Below, one piece after another: positions 8,608 through 19,529 of a DNA stretch of 64,000 nucleotides. A program made the translations under genes and the position numbers. The notes under the pieces are model-generated. The model was not told the origin of the DNA. It worked only from the letters and a program-made list of their open reading frames with translations, and did no database searches. The stretch is from a virus. Taxonomy: Duplodnaviria; Caudoviricetes. The stretch lies in IMG/VR virus record IMGVR_UViG_2597490325_000001, positions 198,392 to 262,391 of that record; one strand, given 5' to 3'. How positions within the stretch are numbered: position 1 is the stretch's first letter; every line of letters begins with the position of its first letter.

Positions 8608-9362
8608 TATTTAGTTCTAGTCGGTTTGTAAGTACCGTTAGCCACATCTTTTAGATAAGGTTTATACTTAGTCGATCTAATATACATAATATTCTTAGGG
8701 TATTCTCTATTAATCTGGAAGAAGGATTTACCATAGCCTTTTACAGCTACCTTTGATTTAGTAGAATACTTTTCAATATTATTGAACCACAAGTCAGGAT
8801 TGCAACCCTTAGTATTTTTACAGATAGCTCTATCTTTTAGAATACCACCATAACCACCATTGTAGCAGCTGAACATCATAGCCATTCTATCTTCAGCCTT
8901 ACCAGCCCATTTTACCTGATTATAGCAAGTACGGTTCAATGTAAACATAGCAATAAACTGATAATATGGATCATAACGCTGAGACCATTCCCAATTCTTT
9001 AATTTAGCGTTCTGTTGTTTTAGACCAGTAAAGTTATTGAATTTAGAAGTGATAGTTATCTGAGGTATACCAAAACCATATTCTCTAGAGGTTTTAAGTT
9101 CTGTAGTAGGATTCCAGCACTTAGCTTTACTTGCACAAGATTCTTGTTCAGCTTGTCCAGCAAAATAATGAGAATTATGATTCATTGAAGGCCAATCATT
9201 AACAATGGCATCTTTAAATGATGGTAAAGACTGCTTAAACTTAGTATCATTAATAACATCATAAGCTCTAGCATTACTCAGCATAGAAAGAAAAAGCATT
9301 GCACAAGCTATTAGTGTAGTCTGTAAAAGTATTCTCCACCAATTTATTTTTTTCTTTTTCAT
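8607..9362 (-). CDS. Lytic transglycosylase (SLT-like) endolysin with N-terminal signal peptide
   Basis: GQAEQES catalytic Glu, GFGIPQIT and YNGGYGG motifs; KKKK + hydrophobic stretch + ARA signal; ATG 9362 has an RBS. Confidence 0.85.
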   Translation of the reverse strand: MKKKKINWWRILLQTTLIACAMLFLSMLSNARAYDVINDTKFKQSLPSFKDAIVNDWPSMNHNSHYFAGQAEQESCASKAKCWNPTTELKTSREYGFGIPQITITSKFNNFTGLKQQNAKLKNWEWSQRYDPYYQFIAMFTLNRTCYNQVKWAGKAEDRMAMMFSCYNGGYGGILKDRAICKNTKGCNPDLWFNNIEKYSTKSKVAVKGYGKSFFQINREYPKNIMYIRSTKYKPYLKDVANGTYKPTRTK

Positions 9363-9416
9363 TACTAATACCTTAAATTTAACGCTAAAAGGATTTTTCA
9401 CCTTTTAGCGTTAGTT

Positions 9417-9767
9417 TTATACAATTTTCAACATATCCATCAGTTTCGCTAAGATAAAGATAATAGAAGCGAATACGATAGCTGCTGCAATAGGTTCTGT
9501 TTTTGCGGTATTATACAGCTCTAATAGTGACATATCAGGGAAGAAAATACCTCTCAGGAAGTGCGCGAACCATACAGCTAGTACTGAGATAGCTACAGAG
9601 GTAAGTAACCCACTAAACTGAGCAAAGTTATCATTTCCGCCACCATAAAGGAACAGACCCACAATTAAGAATACCGGAATAAAGTTAATTAGTTCTTTAG
9701 TCCAGTTTACTTTAATTTCTGGTTTCTGGAAGTGCTTAAACTTCCTTTTACCAACTTTTTTTTCCAT
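9417..9767 (-). CDS. Putative holin (three TM segments)
   Basis: Basic N-terminus and three hydrophobic helices, directly upstream of the endolysin. Confidence 0.65.
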   Translation of the reverse strand: MEKKVGKRKFKHFQKPEIKVNWTKELINFIPVFLIVGLFLYGGGNDNFAQFSGLLTSVAISVLAVWFAHFLRGIFFPDMSLLELYNTAKTEPIAAAIVFASIIFILAKLMDMLKIV

Positions 9768-9797
9768 CGGTTTTTCCTTAGTTAATCATGAAATAAC

Positions 9798-9809
9798 TAA
9801 AGAACTGTT
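9798..9809 (-). promoter_or_regulatory. Late promoter AACA-N6-TA (lysis operon)
   Basis: Reverse complement AACAGTTCTTTA. Confidence 0.65.
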
Positions 9810-9855
9810 AGAAAATAAAACACCCCATATCCACTTTTAAGGATATGGGGTAAAT

Positions 9856-10128
9856 TTATTCTTTTTTCTTACTGAGTTCCGATTCAACTACTTCTTTAAT
9901 CTCAGATTTCATATTATTTTCAACAATTTCATTAACTCTAGTAGTGAGCAAAGCGTAAGCATTTTCCAATTTTTTGATTAAACGATTAGCATCTTTAACT
10001 TTAATAGAATCACTTTCACCAATAACATCTAGCAATAGTTTTACTTCCATCGCAGTTAATGGAACTGGAACGTCAGCATTTACAATAGCCAATTTGACGG
10101 AATCAGGTAATTTGTCAATATCTGTCAT
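9856..10128 (-). CDS. Hypothetical protein
   Basis: 90-aa helical ORF overlapping 10125..10706. Confidence 0.65.
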   Translation of the reverse strand: MTDIDKLPDSVKLAIVNADVPVPLTAMEVKLLLDVIGESDSIKVKDANRLIKKLENAYALLTTRVNEIVENNMKSEIKEVVESELSKKKE

Positions 10129-10706
10129 TTAAGGAAATCCTTGTATTTAACTTGTTTGTAAGTATCTAACAATTTGTTTTTGTCATTAGAATTTTGTAAA
10201 ATTTTACTTATTTCTATTTTAGAATCGTTAATCTTACGAAGTAGTTTATTACGTAATTTAAGTATTTCTTTTATATCATTAAATGATAAAATAGTTACAT
10301 TACCGTCTTCATTTTTAATTCTTAATGGCTCAAACTCTTCTGCTCCGAGATAGAAACAACTTTCAAGTAATTGGAATACTGGAGAAGAAATTCTTATTTC
10401 AGTTGCACCATATGAAATTATATGGTTTTTGTTTATATCGTTGATACTTTCTATATGAAAATTAGCAATCTTCTCCTTCAGCTCACTAACATTAATATTT
10501 TCACTAAAATGTACTACTTTAGGATTGCCGAAGTTATCAAACCCCATTTCGTATTCCGGAGACCTAGTGAGCTGTAGACAGAATCTCTTATAATCCCCTT
10601 CACTAATTTCTTTATACGGCTTAGGTACATTAACAGGTACAGGAATTATAGTTTTGTACAAACCTTTACTTTTAAGACTTACAAAGTAGTGATATTTTTG
10701 TTGCAT
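10125..10706 (-). CDS. Hypothetical, possibly tail-fibre-associated protein
   Basis: 193-aa ORF with RBS AAGGT, next to a DUF4376-like gene. Confidence 0.6.
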   Translation of the reverse strand: MQQKYHYFVSLKSKGLYKTIIPVPVNVPKPYKEISEGDYKRFCLQLTRSPEYEMGFDNFGNPKVVHFSENINVSELKEKIANFHIESINDINKNHIISYGATEIRISSPVFQLLESCFYLGAEEFEPLRIKNEDGNVTILSFNDIKEILKLRNKLLRKINDSKIEISKILQNSNDKNKLLDTYKQVKYKDFLK

Positions 10707-10759
10707 AATTTACCTTAAAAAAGAAAAGCCCTATGGGTTTCCATAGGGCTTAATTTTAA

Positions 10760-11299
10760 TTAAATGGTAATAATGGCTACATCATCCCATCCGGTAGTAT
10801 AATCATATACGACCAAATCTTCAAAAGTAGTTACTTCGTTAATATCTTTAAAATGAGCATACTCTCTATTGAAAGCTCTTTGAATCTGAATTCTTGCGGC
10901 TTGTTGTAAAGCTTTAGCAGTAGAGATATCAAGTTCAATCCACTGAGTATTACTAACTTTCCAAGTCAAAGTATAGTGATTTAAACCACCAGATTCTGAT
11001 TCATAAGAGGAGATTAAATCAGCTAAGCGACTCATATTAGTGTCAGTAGGACTAAAAGAACCTTCTTTAACACCAATAGGGGTAATCTGATAATTATAGC
11101 GATAAGTAGCTAAATTAGCAATTACTTCATTCTTAGCCTGATTAAGAAATTGATTAAAAGTAGCTTCTGCTACCGTAGCAATCTCCTTAGTATCCCAAAT
11201 AGCGCCATCATATGAATCAAACTGAGAAAATACTGGATTACCTTTGCTATTAATAATAGTAAATCCAGATTCCATAATATTAAGCTTTAAGATTTCCAT
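10760..11299 (-). CDS. DUF4376-like tail-fibre-associated protein
   Basis: LATYRY...TWK..NTQWIELD...IQRAFNRE...YD.TTGW pattern. Confidence 0.7.
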   Translation of the reverse strand: MEILKLNIMESGFTIINSKGNPVFSQFDSYDGAIWDTKEIATVAEATFNQFLNQAKNEVIANLATYRYNYQITPIGVKEGSFSPTDTNMSRLADLISSYESESGGLNHYTLTWKVSNTQWIELDISTAKALQQAARIQIQRAFNREYAHFKDINEVTTFEDLVVYDYTTGWDDVAIITI

Positions 11300-11308
11300 C
11301 TTTAACCC

Positions 11309-14300
11309 TTATAAATAATTACGCACAATACCAATTTTGGTAGGGGAATTAAACACTGAAGCTGAGCCAGCTATATATTTATTCATTTCATAGAATTTAC
11401 CATCAACTCCATAATGGAGTAATGATTTAGATGCCGACAGATATGGAGACCAAAGTGCTGCACTAGCTATAGGTACCATATTGGCTGTATCTACTACTCT
11501 AAATTCTTTAGTATCTAAATTAAGAATATTTAATTGCCCGCCTAGGAACTTAGGAGTATAACCAGTATGAATAAATCCAGAAGAACTATCCTTAGAGGTA
11601 TTTAGTTGATTATAGAATAGAATTTCATTCTTCTCACAGTTAGGAATTCTTTCGGCAAAGTGAACCTCACAAAATTCATTCTTACCATTAGTAAGACCAC
11701 GGAAATTTTGAATAAATGAGTACTCTACACTTACATCTTTATAAGTATTTGAAGAAATTGAATACTCATAAATAATTTTATTAGGATTCCCTAAGTCTTG
11801 GCGAAGAGAAGGTAAATCTACTTTATCGTCTACTAGTCCAATATACCCACCAAAGATAATAATCTTATCCTTATCTTTTCTGAAACAATTCCCCCAACCT
11901 ATCCCATAATTTGGTAGGCTAGCTATTAATGAGAAAGTATTGGTGTCTACATCATATACCATACAACGTTGGGTAGATAGGGAATTACTAGCAATATCCC
12001 AATATGGTACTTTTTGAGCTGTATATCCGCCAAACATATACAATTTTCTCGTATCTTTGTCAAAATATGCAGCACCATTACCATATTGATAAGGCATAGT
12101 TGCTATCTGACTTATGGTTTTAGTAGCCATATCAAATTTGTAAACAAACATATTAAATACATTATTTACATTACGACTATCTATATAGGATATACCATTT
12201 TCTGTAAATTGTACTAAAGTCTTATTCTTTACGCCACCAACAATAATAGGATTTCCATCTCTATCAGAACAAGTTGCACCATATACAGAACTTAATTGAG
12301 AACTAGGATAGAAAGTAAATTTCTCCGTCACTCTATTATAGATACCTATAATATTTTGAGGAGTAGTTGTATTATTTGGCGCTCTTGATTGTACAGTAAA
12401 AGTAAAGAATATTGATGTATTATCATATTCATTACATGGTATAACCATAGGTGCCGTATAAATATCAACTAAACTTTCCCAACCTACAACATCATTGTAT
12501 GCTCCAGTAACATCAGTTTTAAATCCAGAAATAATTTTATCTCTATCTGGATGGTCAATCCTTTCAGAAAATTCTCGCTGATACAAGTGCGTGATGTAGA
12601 TTCTTCCATACTTATCTACTGTACAACATTTATCGGAGTCAAGTTTAACTATACCATTTTGTGGATAGAAATTATTTCTACGAGTCAGAGATACAGTAAT
12701 TTTACTGTTAACTAAATCATAATCCCAATGCCTACCAGTGTTATCTACTAAGCGAATAACATCTTTATTCAAATAGCTTGCGCCAACAATATAAGAATTA
12801 GATATAGCTGTAGATAAATCACTTAGAGATTTAGTTGTTACTGTACCAGTATTACTAATAATGGAAAAATTATTATTAGTAGTAGTATCTGGATGTAAAC
12901 CATAAAATACATAAGTATTTCCATTAAATGTATTTTCAGTTATATCGCCAGCAATAAAATCATATGGTAATGTAGTTAAGATTGACCAAGTAGTGCTAGT
13001 CAAATCATATGCATATACATTCCGATTAAATGTTCCATCTGATTTAACCCCACCAATATACAGTACCTTATTATCCGGAGTTACTTTAGCTCTACCATAT
13101 GCCACTGATATTGGTAGAGAGGTTATAGCAGCCCAAGTATCCGAATATGTAATCAGATCATTAGTGAAGAAACTATTTGATAAAACGCCTTCTTTATCAC
13201 CACCTAAAATAAATACTCTACCAGATTTAGAAACAGCCGTAGCTGCACCTTTTAATCCTTTTGTAAGTTTATCTACATTTAAAATAGTTTCAGTACCATA
13301 AGATACACTATATTTAATTAATTTTGAACCATCAATTGGTGTACCGAAATCATTACTCTTACCAGTACTTAAGTAATAGAAATCACCTTTATACTTAAAT
13401 GGTTGGTTGAAAGAAGAATATGTATTATCAGAAATCTCTCTTTCAACTACAATACCTGAGAAGGTGTCACTGGTATCATTATCTGGATAGTAAATAAATC
13501 CAACAGAAGGACGATTTAGATTTACTAATCCTTTAGTATTTAAGTACTCAGGTACTCCAGAAAAACTGTTTCCTCTATCTCCGCCAAAAATTGCTATCCT
13601 ACCATCTTTAAGTGCAGCCATAGCGCAACTGGAACCGGCACTTAAAATGTTCTTATCTATAACCGATGCATTATTTGTAAGGTTTAATGGGGATTTATAT
13701 GTCATGGTACCTTTTGTTAAATCAAAGCATAACATATCTGCTACGTTGACATCCGATTCAAATTGCAATGGGACAGTAGTAGCAGTAGTACCTTCTTTTA
13801 ACTGAGACACCCAACCAGTGGTATACAATTTATCCTTAATTCTTACTATCTGACTGCCATCACCTGCAGCGATAGTATTAATCCATTTAGACCAAGTATT
13901 AGTAGCTACGTCATATACTAAACCATAATTCCATTTACCATAAGCAGAAAATGAATTAGAAGCATTATCCTGTAATGGTAAATAAATTTTACCATTATAA
14001 TAATGTAGATATGTATTTCTCCAAGGATAATTACTACCAGACGAACCAGACGGCATTAATGAGGTAGGAATAGAAGCTAAGACTTCTACTGCTCCTAGAG
14101 TTACGTTGTTCGTATCAGACCCATAAATAATTTTTCTTCTACCAAAATGGTTTATTGCTACATCAGCTCCGTCAGGTGATGTAGTCCCAAATGGAATGTA
14201 TACATATAGATAATCATTTACATCATCATAAGTTACGCCATGACTTCTAAATAAGTAATTACTCCATTGACCAAGAATAACCCATTTTTGACCACCACTT

Positions 14301-15217
14301 ACATTATCACTAGTGTAAAGCAGTATGTCCCCAACAGTTTTCCACCACTGATTATTAGTATTTGCTTGATCACTATAATATGCACCCCCTCCTAATTGTA
14401 AGGCGCAGTTATTTTTTATAGCACAAAGCCTATGATTATTTACTGGATAAGGTAAATTAGAAGTTTCTCTAAAAGTCCTATCCGCTGGATTGAAGATGTA
14501 TGATTTATTGGTAACTACTTTTGTCTGAGAAGTACTATATTCATCCAATACTAATACTGGATTGTAAAACCCTCCAGTTAGTAATACAGTACCATCTGTA
14601 AGAGTAACTGCTTCAGCATCAATCCATCCATTTAAGGGTAAATTGAAACTTTCATAAATTTTCTTAGACCCGTCTGTATATACAGCCCAAGGTTTAATTG
14701 TAGTAAATTGCGTAGGATCAATAATGTATGAAAGGGTTTCTAATGTGTCTTCAGACATTACAGCATCCACAATTACAGGTGCTGCAGCTATGACGTTTGA
14801 TAAAGCTAATGCTAAATATTCTATGCCATTATATACTACTGAAACTAGAGAATTCTGATAATTCTCATTATTTTCCATAGTATACTTTTTAACATACCCA
14901 TTTACTACCTTTAAAGAGATTTTTACTTTATTACTTCCAGCAATACCTAATTTACCATCAATATAGATGTCTTTGTATAGGTTGCCTAGAATAATATATG
15001 AATAAGAGCTATTTTTAATAGAATTACCTAAAAATGTCTTAAGTTTATAGTTACCGCCAAATTTTACAGCTTTACCTTTAAAAATTTGGAAGAAAGATTG
15101 AGTTTTTAAACTAGAGCTAGTAGGCTTACCAGAAGATAAGGTTCCGTCCTGATAATTTAATTTACCATCTATTAGTGCTCTGTTACTAAATCTTGCGGAC
15201 TCTCTAGTCTGTGACAT
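11309..15217 (-). CDS. Giant Kelch-repeat beta-propeller protein (1302 aa), probable virion appendage
   Basis: Repeated hydrophobic-GG motifs (VLLTGG, IAIFGG, VFILGG, VLYIGG, LYMFGG, IIIFGG) followed by YD...TW. Confidence 0.8.
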   Translation of the reverse strand: MSQTRESARFSNRALIDGKLNYQDGTLSSGKPTSSSLKTQSFFQIFKGKAVKFGGNYKLKTFLGNSIKNSSYSYIILGNLYKDIYIDGKLGIAGSNKVKISLKVVNGYVKKYTMENNENYQNSLVSVVYNGIEYLALALSNVIAAAPVIVDAVMSEDTLETLSYIIDPTQFTTIKPWAVYTDGSKKIYESFNLPLNGWIDAEAVTLTDGTVLLTGGFYNPVLVLDEYSTSQTKVVTNKSYIFNPADRTFRETSNLPYPVNNHRLCAIKNNCALQLGGGAYYSDQANTNNQWWKTVGDILLYTSDNVSGGQKWVILGQWSNYLFRSHGVTYDDVNDYLYVYIPFGTTSPDGADVAINHFGRRKIIYGSDTNNVTLGAVEVLASIPTSLMPSGSSGSNYPWRNTYLHYYNGKIYLPLQDNASNSFSAYGKWNYGLVYDVATNTWSKWINTIAAGDGSQIVRIKDKLYTTGWVSQLKEGTTATTVPLQFESDVNVADMLCFDLTKGTMTYKSPLNLTNNASVIDKNILSAGSSCAMAALKDGRIAIFGGDRGNSFSGVPEYLNTKGLVNLNRPSVGFIYYPDNDTSDTFSGIVVEREISDNTYSSFNQPFKYKGDFYYLSTGKSNDFGTPIDGSKLIKYSVSYGTETILNVDKLTKGLKGAATAVSKSGRVFILGGDKEGVLSNSFFTNDLITYSDTWAAITSLPISVAYGRAKVTPDNKVLYIGGVKSDGTFNRNVYAYDLTSTTWSILTTLPYDFIAGDITENTFNGNTYVFYGLHPDTTTNNNFSIISNTGTVTTKSLSDLSTAISNSYIVGASYLNKDVIRLVDNTGRHWDYDLVNSKITVSLTRRNNFYPQNGIVKLDSDKCCTVDKYGRIYITHLYQREFSERIDHPDRDKIISGFKTDVTGAYNDVVGWESLVDIYTAPMVIPCNEYDNTSIFFTFTVQSRAPNNTTTPQNIIGIYNRVTEKFTFYPSSQLSSVYGATCSDRDGNPIIVGGVKNKTLVQFTENGISYIDSRNVNNVFNMFVYKFDMATKTISQIATMPYQYGNGAAYFDKDTRKLYMFGGYTAQKVPYWDIASNSLSTQRCMVYDVDTNTFSLIASLPNYGIGWGNCFRKDKDKIIIFGGYIGLVDDKVDLPSLRQDLGNPNKIIYEYSISSNTYKDVSVEYSFIQNFRGLTNGKNEFCEVHFAERIPNCEKNEILFYNQLNTSKDSSSGFIHTGYTPKFLGGQLNILNLDTKEFRVVDTANMVPIASAALWSPYLSASKSLLHYGVDGKFYEMNKYIAGSASVFNSPTKIGIVRNYL

Positions 15218-15254
15218 AGTAAGATTACCTTTTATTTATCTTATATAAAAGAAC

Positions 15255-15266
15255 TAAAAAGTTGTT
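15255..15266 (-). promoter_or_regulatory. Late promoter AACA-N6-TA
   Basis: Reverse complement AACAACTTTTTA. Confidence 0.65.
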
Positions 15267-15323
15267 CGTAAATAAAAGTCCCCTAATAAGACATGATGCT
15301 TATTAGGGGGTAACTTTAAATTA

Positions 15324-18300
15324 TTAAGATATTACAACAAACATACCTAATCCGTTTATGTAAACGGATTTATTTAGACGACTACCAAACATTCCTGGAA
15401 GAACAATTATTTTACCTGACTTAAGCTCAAACATTTCTGGATAAGCTGAGTCATCTGAAGAAAAAATACCTGTAGATGTAGAAAGGGCTGTAGTTACAGG
15501 AGCTATCATTTTATTTGCTTCAATAGGTACACTAATAAGCTGCCAAGGAATACCGGTATTATACTTCTTATTATAAGGATTGAAAATACCAGCCGTTATA
15601 GTTGATTTAGTTTCTACCCAAGGGAAAATATAGAAGTTACCATTACTATGTTTAATACCGGTTAAGTTAATATAAGTAGGTCTTACTCTACCAGATTCAA
15701 GTAAAGCTGCTGGTATAACTGATTCACTCTTAGTAAGATCAATAGTTTTAAATAACCCATTGGCATCGGCTTCGTCAGTAGTATTAGTTAATGTATCAAA
15801 AACAGTTACCTGATTATTGAGTATCTTACCAGTATTCCCCATAGCATCAGGTGATAAATTATCTGAACTAAAGCAGAAAAGCGTACCGTTATCAGCAACA
15901 GCCGCATAATTTCGGAAAGGTGAAATTGCCATATCAGGGTTATCAGTAATTGATAATTTACCTAAGTATGTTAAGGTATTGGCTGAAATACTATATTTAA
16001 ATACTTTGTTAAAACAAGTGTTTGCATGATAATCTGTAACAGTACTCCAATATTTATACCCACCAAATATCAAAATCTCATCAGGGTTATTAGTCAAAGA
16101 TATCATAGTGCCATTGATAAATTTAACATTAACACTTAATGGATTATTAATATAAGTTGGCTGCTTCTCAGTATAAGTATTAGTAACTGGATCGAAGATA
16201 GTTAAAGTACTTCTCATGTATTTGATAGGGTTAGTTTGTAAATCAGTAGAAGCGCTACTGAGATCCCATAAACCTCCAATTAAAACAATTCTTCCATCTG
16301 GTAGGGTCTTAGCTACACCATTTGACCAGTTTTGACATAAAGAAGAAGGTATAGTATCTTCTTGCCAAGTACCTAAAGTAAATAAACCATCTGAATTTTC
16401 AGTAACTTTAGCTTTCCAATGACTATTAACGAAAACAGATTCACCAGACTTAGCCCCTCCACTAATTACCCCGCCAAAATAATGTATATTATCATTAGAA
16501 TCTAAAACTTTAGTACTGGCTGTTATAAAAATATCATTTGTTTCAGTACGATTACCTAAAGTAAATACAGGGGAAATCCCAAATGAAGTAAATTTAATTT
16601 TAGGTTTATATGCAGCATTAATGAATTTAAAAGGAGGAGTAACTGAAATTGAACCATTAGATCCTTTAACCATACCAAATGGTATATAAAATTCACCTTT
16701 AGGCGTTTTAACTAGATCGGCTAATGCAAAACATCTAGTTTGCGTAACCATTTCAAATTTATTAGTATCAATATAGTATTTAAATACTAAGGTACCACTA
16801 TAATTTTTAGCTCTACCAGCATACAAAACAATCTCATTTGTGTTGATTTTGGTAGCTCGCATCCACCCTTCTGATTCAAATTCAATAGGAATGGATTGTA
16901 ATTGAGTATAGATAGGGGTTAGATAAGTGTCACCTTTATTTACTAAAGATAGCTTGAAGGTCTCAGATGAATAAACTTTATCGCCATTTTCATCAAAAGT
17001 AGTACCGCCGAATACAATGCATTCAGTATCAGATATAGATACTAAAGCTGAACCATATTTAGCATACTTCTCTAAAGGTATTGAACTGCCGCTACTCTCA
17101 ATTAAATCATGGTAACGAGTGACACTGTTACTTGTAACTGAATAAACTCCATATCCTGAAGATTTATTCAATGACATTTCATCTTTACCACCAATCATAT
17201 AGAATACATTTTGAGTAGAATTATAGAAATAATTGCCATATTCTCTCAATATTCTGTTATTATCATTAGAAGTATAGAAATTGTCTTTGAAATAAGGTTT
17301 GCCAGCAGTCCAAGTTATACCAGAATCTGGAGAATAAAAATAGAATAATGTACTCTTGTTCAGAGTTCTATCACTGGAATCTGCAGCATCTTTAGTGCCA
17401 GCCGTACTACCTAAGAGAACTAACGAATAACCAGTTATACTGTTAAAATTATTAATTTTCTGTAGAGAAAATTCAGATGGATCAGTTGCACTATAAATAG
17501 TATTCGCTTCATCATCGAAATCTATAGCCGCTCCACCTTTCATATTAAGTCTATAATTAACCACTGCTGGAACTGGTGAAACTGTCCAAGTATATTTAAC
17601 TGTATCAAATAAATAGGCAGTTTTATTCTTTTCAAGAATAGTATAAACTTTATTGCTAGATGTACTAGCTGATTGAGTATTATACCAGTTCGCTACAGGG
17701 GTATTTGGTATAGTGCAATTGTCATTTAATGGAATTAATCTAGATAAAACATTTGGGTTAGTTGCTATTACACTCTTATTAAAATCTACAATCATAGCAT
17801 GATTAGAATGCATTAAACCTGTAGATATCTTATTATCAGGATCAGAAAAGAAGAAAGATTCCCCTTCACCATAATTTACACAACCACCAGCAAGAATAAC
17901 TCGTTTATCTTTAAAAATACCTATACCGTTACATACAAAGCCTGGGTATGGTAATTTTTCTCTATAGTAATAATCTTTAGTATTAAAATCTATTTCAATA
18001 ATATCTCTAAATGCAGAAGTATAGTAAGCTCCATTACCAGTTCCGGTAACAGTGGGTATTGTAGTAAATTCCCCACTTACGCCAGTAAACATTATAAGTT
18101 TATTATCATTTATAGGAGAACGAATAATCTTTGGCACCGACAGGAAGAAATCAAAGCTCATAAACTTTGTAATTTCTTCAGTAGCTACATCAAATTTATA
18201 TAAAACTGTACCTTTATGGTTGTTTCTAAAAATACCAGCAGTAAATATTATACCATTTAGCTCCGGTAGATATACAGATGAATTAAATGAATCCTGATCG

Positions 18301-19442
18301 AAGGCAGTAGGATTTGCAACGTTTTCATTAAATACGGCTGTATATTTATTAGCTACATAAGTTTCTTCACCAGTCAATAAATTATATTTATATAACCCAA
18401 AGAAAGGAACCATTGTAGTCGGAACAGAGTTTACATAAGCAGTTTCTCTGCCACAAAAGACATAAATTGTATCATTTACTATACAGGCTGCAGTGGAAAA
18501 GAATTGATGAGATACAGGTATTCTTTCATATGTATCATTTTCTATATCATGTATATAGAAATAACTACCACCGACTACGGGAATCCCTATTGAGCGCACC
18601 CCATAGTTTATGATCATATTTTTACCAGGCTTGTACTCTACAGTACTAGACATATACAAAGCTTCTGGGAAGGGAGCCATTTCTCTCCAACTATTTGTCT
18701 CTGGATTGTATTCGAAAACATTATTGCAACCAGTTTCACTAGAGAATCCTATTTCATTAGGATATGTTAAACCAGTAGCTAATCCATTCTCACCAGCACA
18801 ACCAGGATAAAGATAAAATTTATTATTTTTTGAGTTAACTGTACCGGATACATTTCGCATAGCCATACCAATTTTAGGAATGTCTGGTATGCTACGGAAC
18901 ATAGAATTACTCAAAAAAGTACTTACTGAATATGATTCATATTCAGTAGATTTTAATGTAACTACTTGTGATGAATCAGATACAACAGCTTCCAGTATAT
19001 AGCTTCCTAAAGCATCAAATTTTAAGCCTATATAAGATTTATCACCTTTAGTAACATCTACTAAAGTAATTTTAAATGCTACAGAGAAGAAAGAACCTTC
19101 TTTAATATAGTCATTTGATTTGTTATATGCAAAATCAAATGTAGCTGAATCTGCATAATCATCATTTACAAAGTTAATCTTACCTGAGAATGTAAAGTCT
19201 TTACTTGTTTCAGCAAGTATAAGAATATCGTTTACATCTGAGATAACACCTTGTACTTCAAATTTAAAAGTAGTGGAATTTTTTAGTGCTTCTGCATTAC
19301 TTCCACTAAGTAACACCGATGCGAATTCTTTGGGGTCTATGTCTAGCTCACCTGTATAAATATTACCTTTCTTATCAGCTTTCAGGTTATTGCCAGAGAT
19401 TATTTGTCTACTAAACTTAGTAGATTTTCTGGATAAAGACAT
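15324..19442 (-). CDS. Giant Kelch-repeat beta-propeller protein (1372 aa)
   Basis: YNPETNSWREMAPFP, VILAGG, FYMIGG, CIVFGG, IHYFGG, IVLIGG, ILIFGG repeats. Confidence 0.8.
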   Translation of the reverse strand: MSLSRKSTKFSRQIISGNNLKADKKGNIYTGELDIDPKEFASVLLSGSNAEALKNSTTFKFEVQGVISDVNDILILAETSKDFTFSGKINFVNDDYADSATFDFAYNKSNDYIKEGSFFSVAFKITLVDVTKGDKSYIGLKFDALGSYILEAVVSDSSQVVTLKSTEYESYSVSTFLSNSMFRSIPDIPKIGMAMRNVSGTVNSKNNKFYLYPGCAGENGLATGLTYPNEIGFSSETGCNNVFEYNPETNSWREMAPFPEALYMSSTVEYKPGKNMIINYGVRSIGIPVVGGSYFYIHDIENDTYERIPVSHQFFSTAACIVNDTIYVFCGRETAYVNSVPTTMVPFFGLYKYNLLTGEETYVANKYTAVFNENVANPTAFDQDSFNSSVYLPELNGIIFTAGIFRNNHKGTVLYKFDVATEEITKFMSFDFFLSVPKIIRSPINDNKLIMFTGVSGEFTTIPTVTGTGNGAYYTSAFRDIIEIDFNTKDYYYREKLPYPGFVCNGIGIFKDKRVILAGGCVNYGEGESFFFSDPDNKISTGLMHSNHAMIVDFNKSVIATNPNVLSRLIPLNDNCTIPNTPVANWYNTQSASTSSNKVYTILEKNKTAYLFDTVKYTWTVSPVPAVVNYRLNMKGGAAIDFDDEANTIYSATDPSEFSLQKINNFNSITGYSLVLLGSTAGTKDAADSSDRTLNKSTLFYFYSPDSGITWTAGKPYFKDNFYTSNDNNRILREYGNYFYNSTQNVFYMIGGKDEMSLNKSSGYGVYSVTSNSVTRYHDLIESSGSSIPLEKYAKYGSALVSISDTECIVFGGTTFDENGDKVYSSETFKLSLVNKGDTYLTPIYTQLQSIPIEFESEGWMRATKINTNEIVLYAGRAKNYSGTLVFKYYIDTNKFEMVTQTRCFALADLVKTPKGEFYIPFGMVKGSNGSISVTPPFKFINAAYKPKIKFTSFGISPVFTLGNRTETNDIFITASTKVLDSNDNIHYFGGVISGGAKSGESVFVNSHWKAKVTENSDGLFTLGTWQEDTIPSSLCQNWSNGVAKTLPDGRIVLIGGLWDLSSASTDLQTNPIKYMRSTLTIFDPVTNTYTEKQPTYINNPLSVNVKFINGTMISLTNNPDEILIFGGYKYWSTVTDYHANTCFNKVFKYSISANTLTYLGKLSITDNPDMAISPFRNYAAVADNGTLFCFSSDNLSPDAMGNTGKILNNQVTVFDTLTNTTDEADANGLFKTIDLTKSESVIPAALLESGRVRPTYINLTGIKHSNGNFYIFPWVETKSTITAGIFNPYNKKYNTGIPWQLISVPIEANKMIAPVTTALSTSTGIFSSDDSAYPEMFELKSGKIIVLPGMFGSRLNKSVYINGLGMFVVIS

Positions 19443-19471
19443 AATTTGTTTTACCTTTTTATGAAAAGATC

Positions 19472-19483
19472 TAAATTTTTGTT
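19472..19483 (-). promoter_or_regulatory. Late promoter AACA-N6-TA
   Basis: Reverse complement AACAAAAATTTA. Confidence 0.65.
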
Positions 19484-19529
19484 AAAAAATATTGACCTTA
19501 TACCATTTCTGGTATAAGGTCAATAATTG

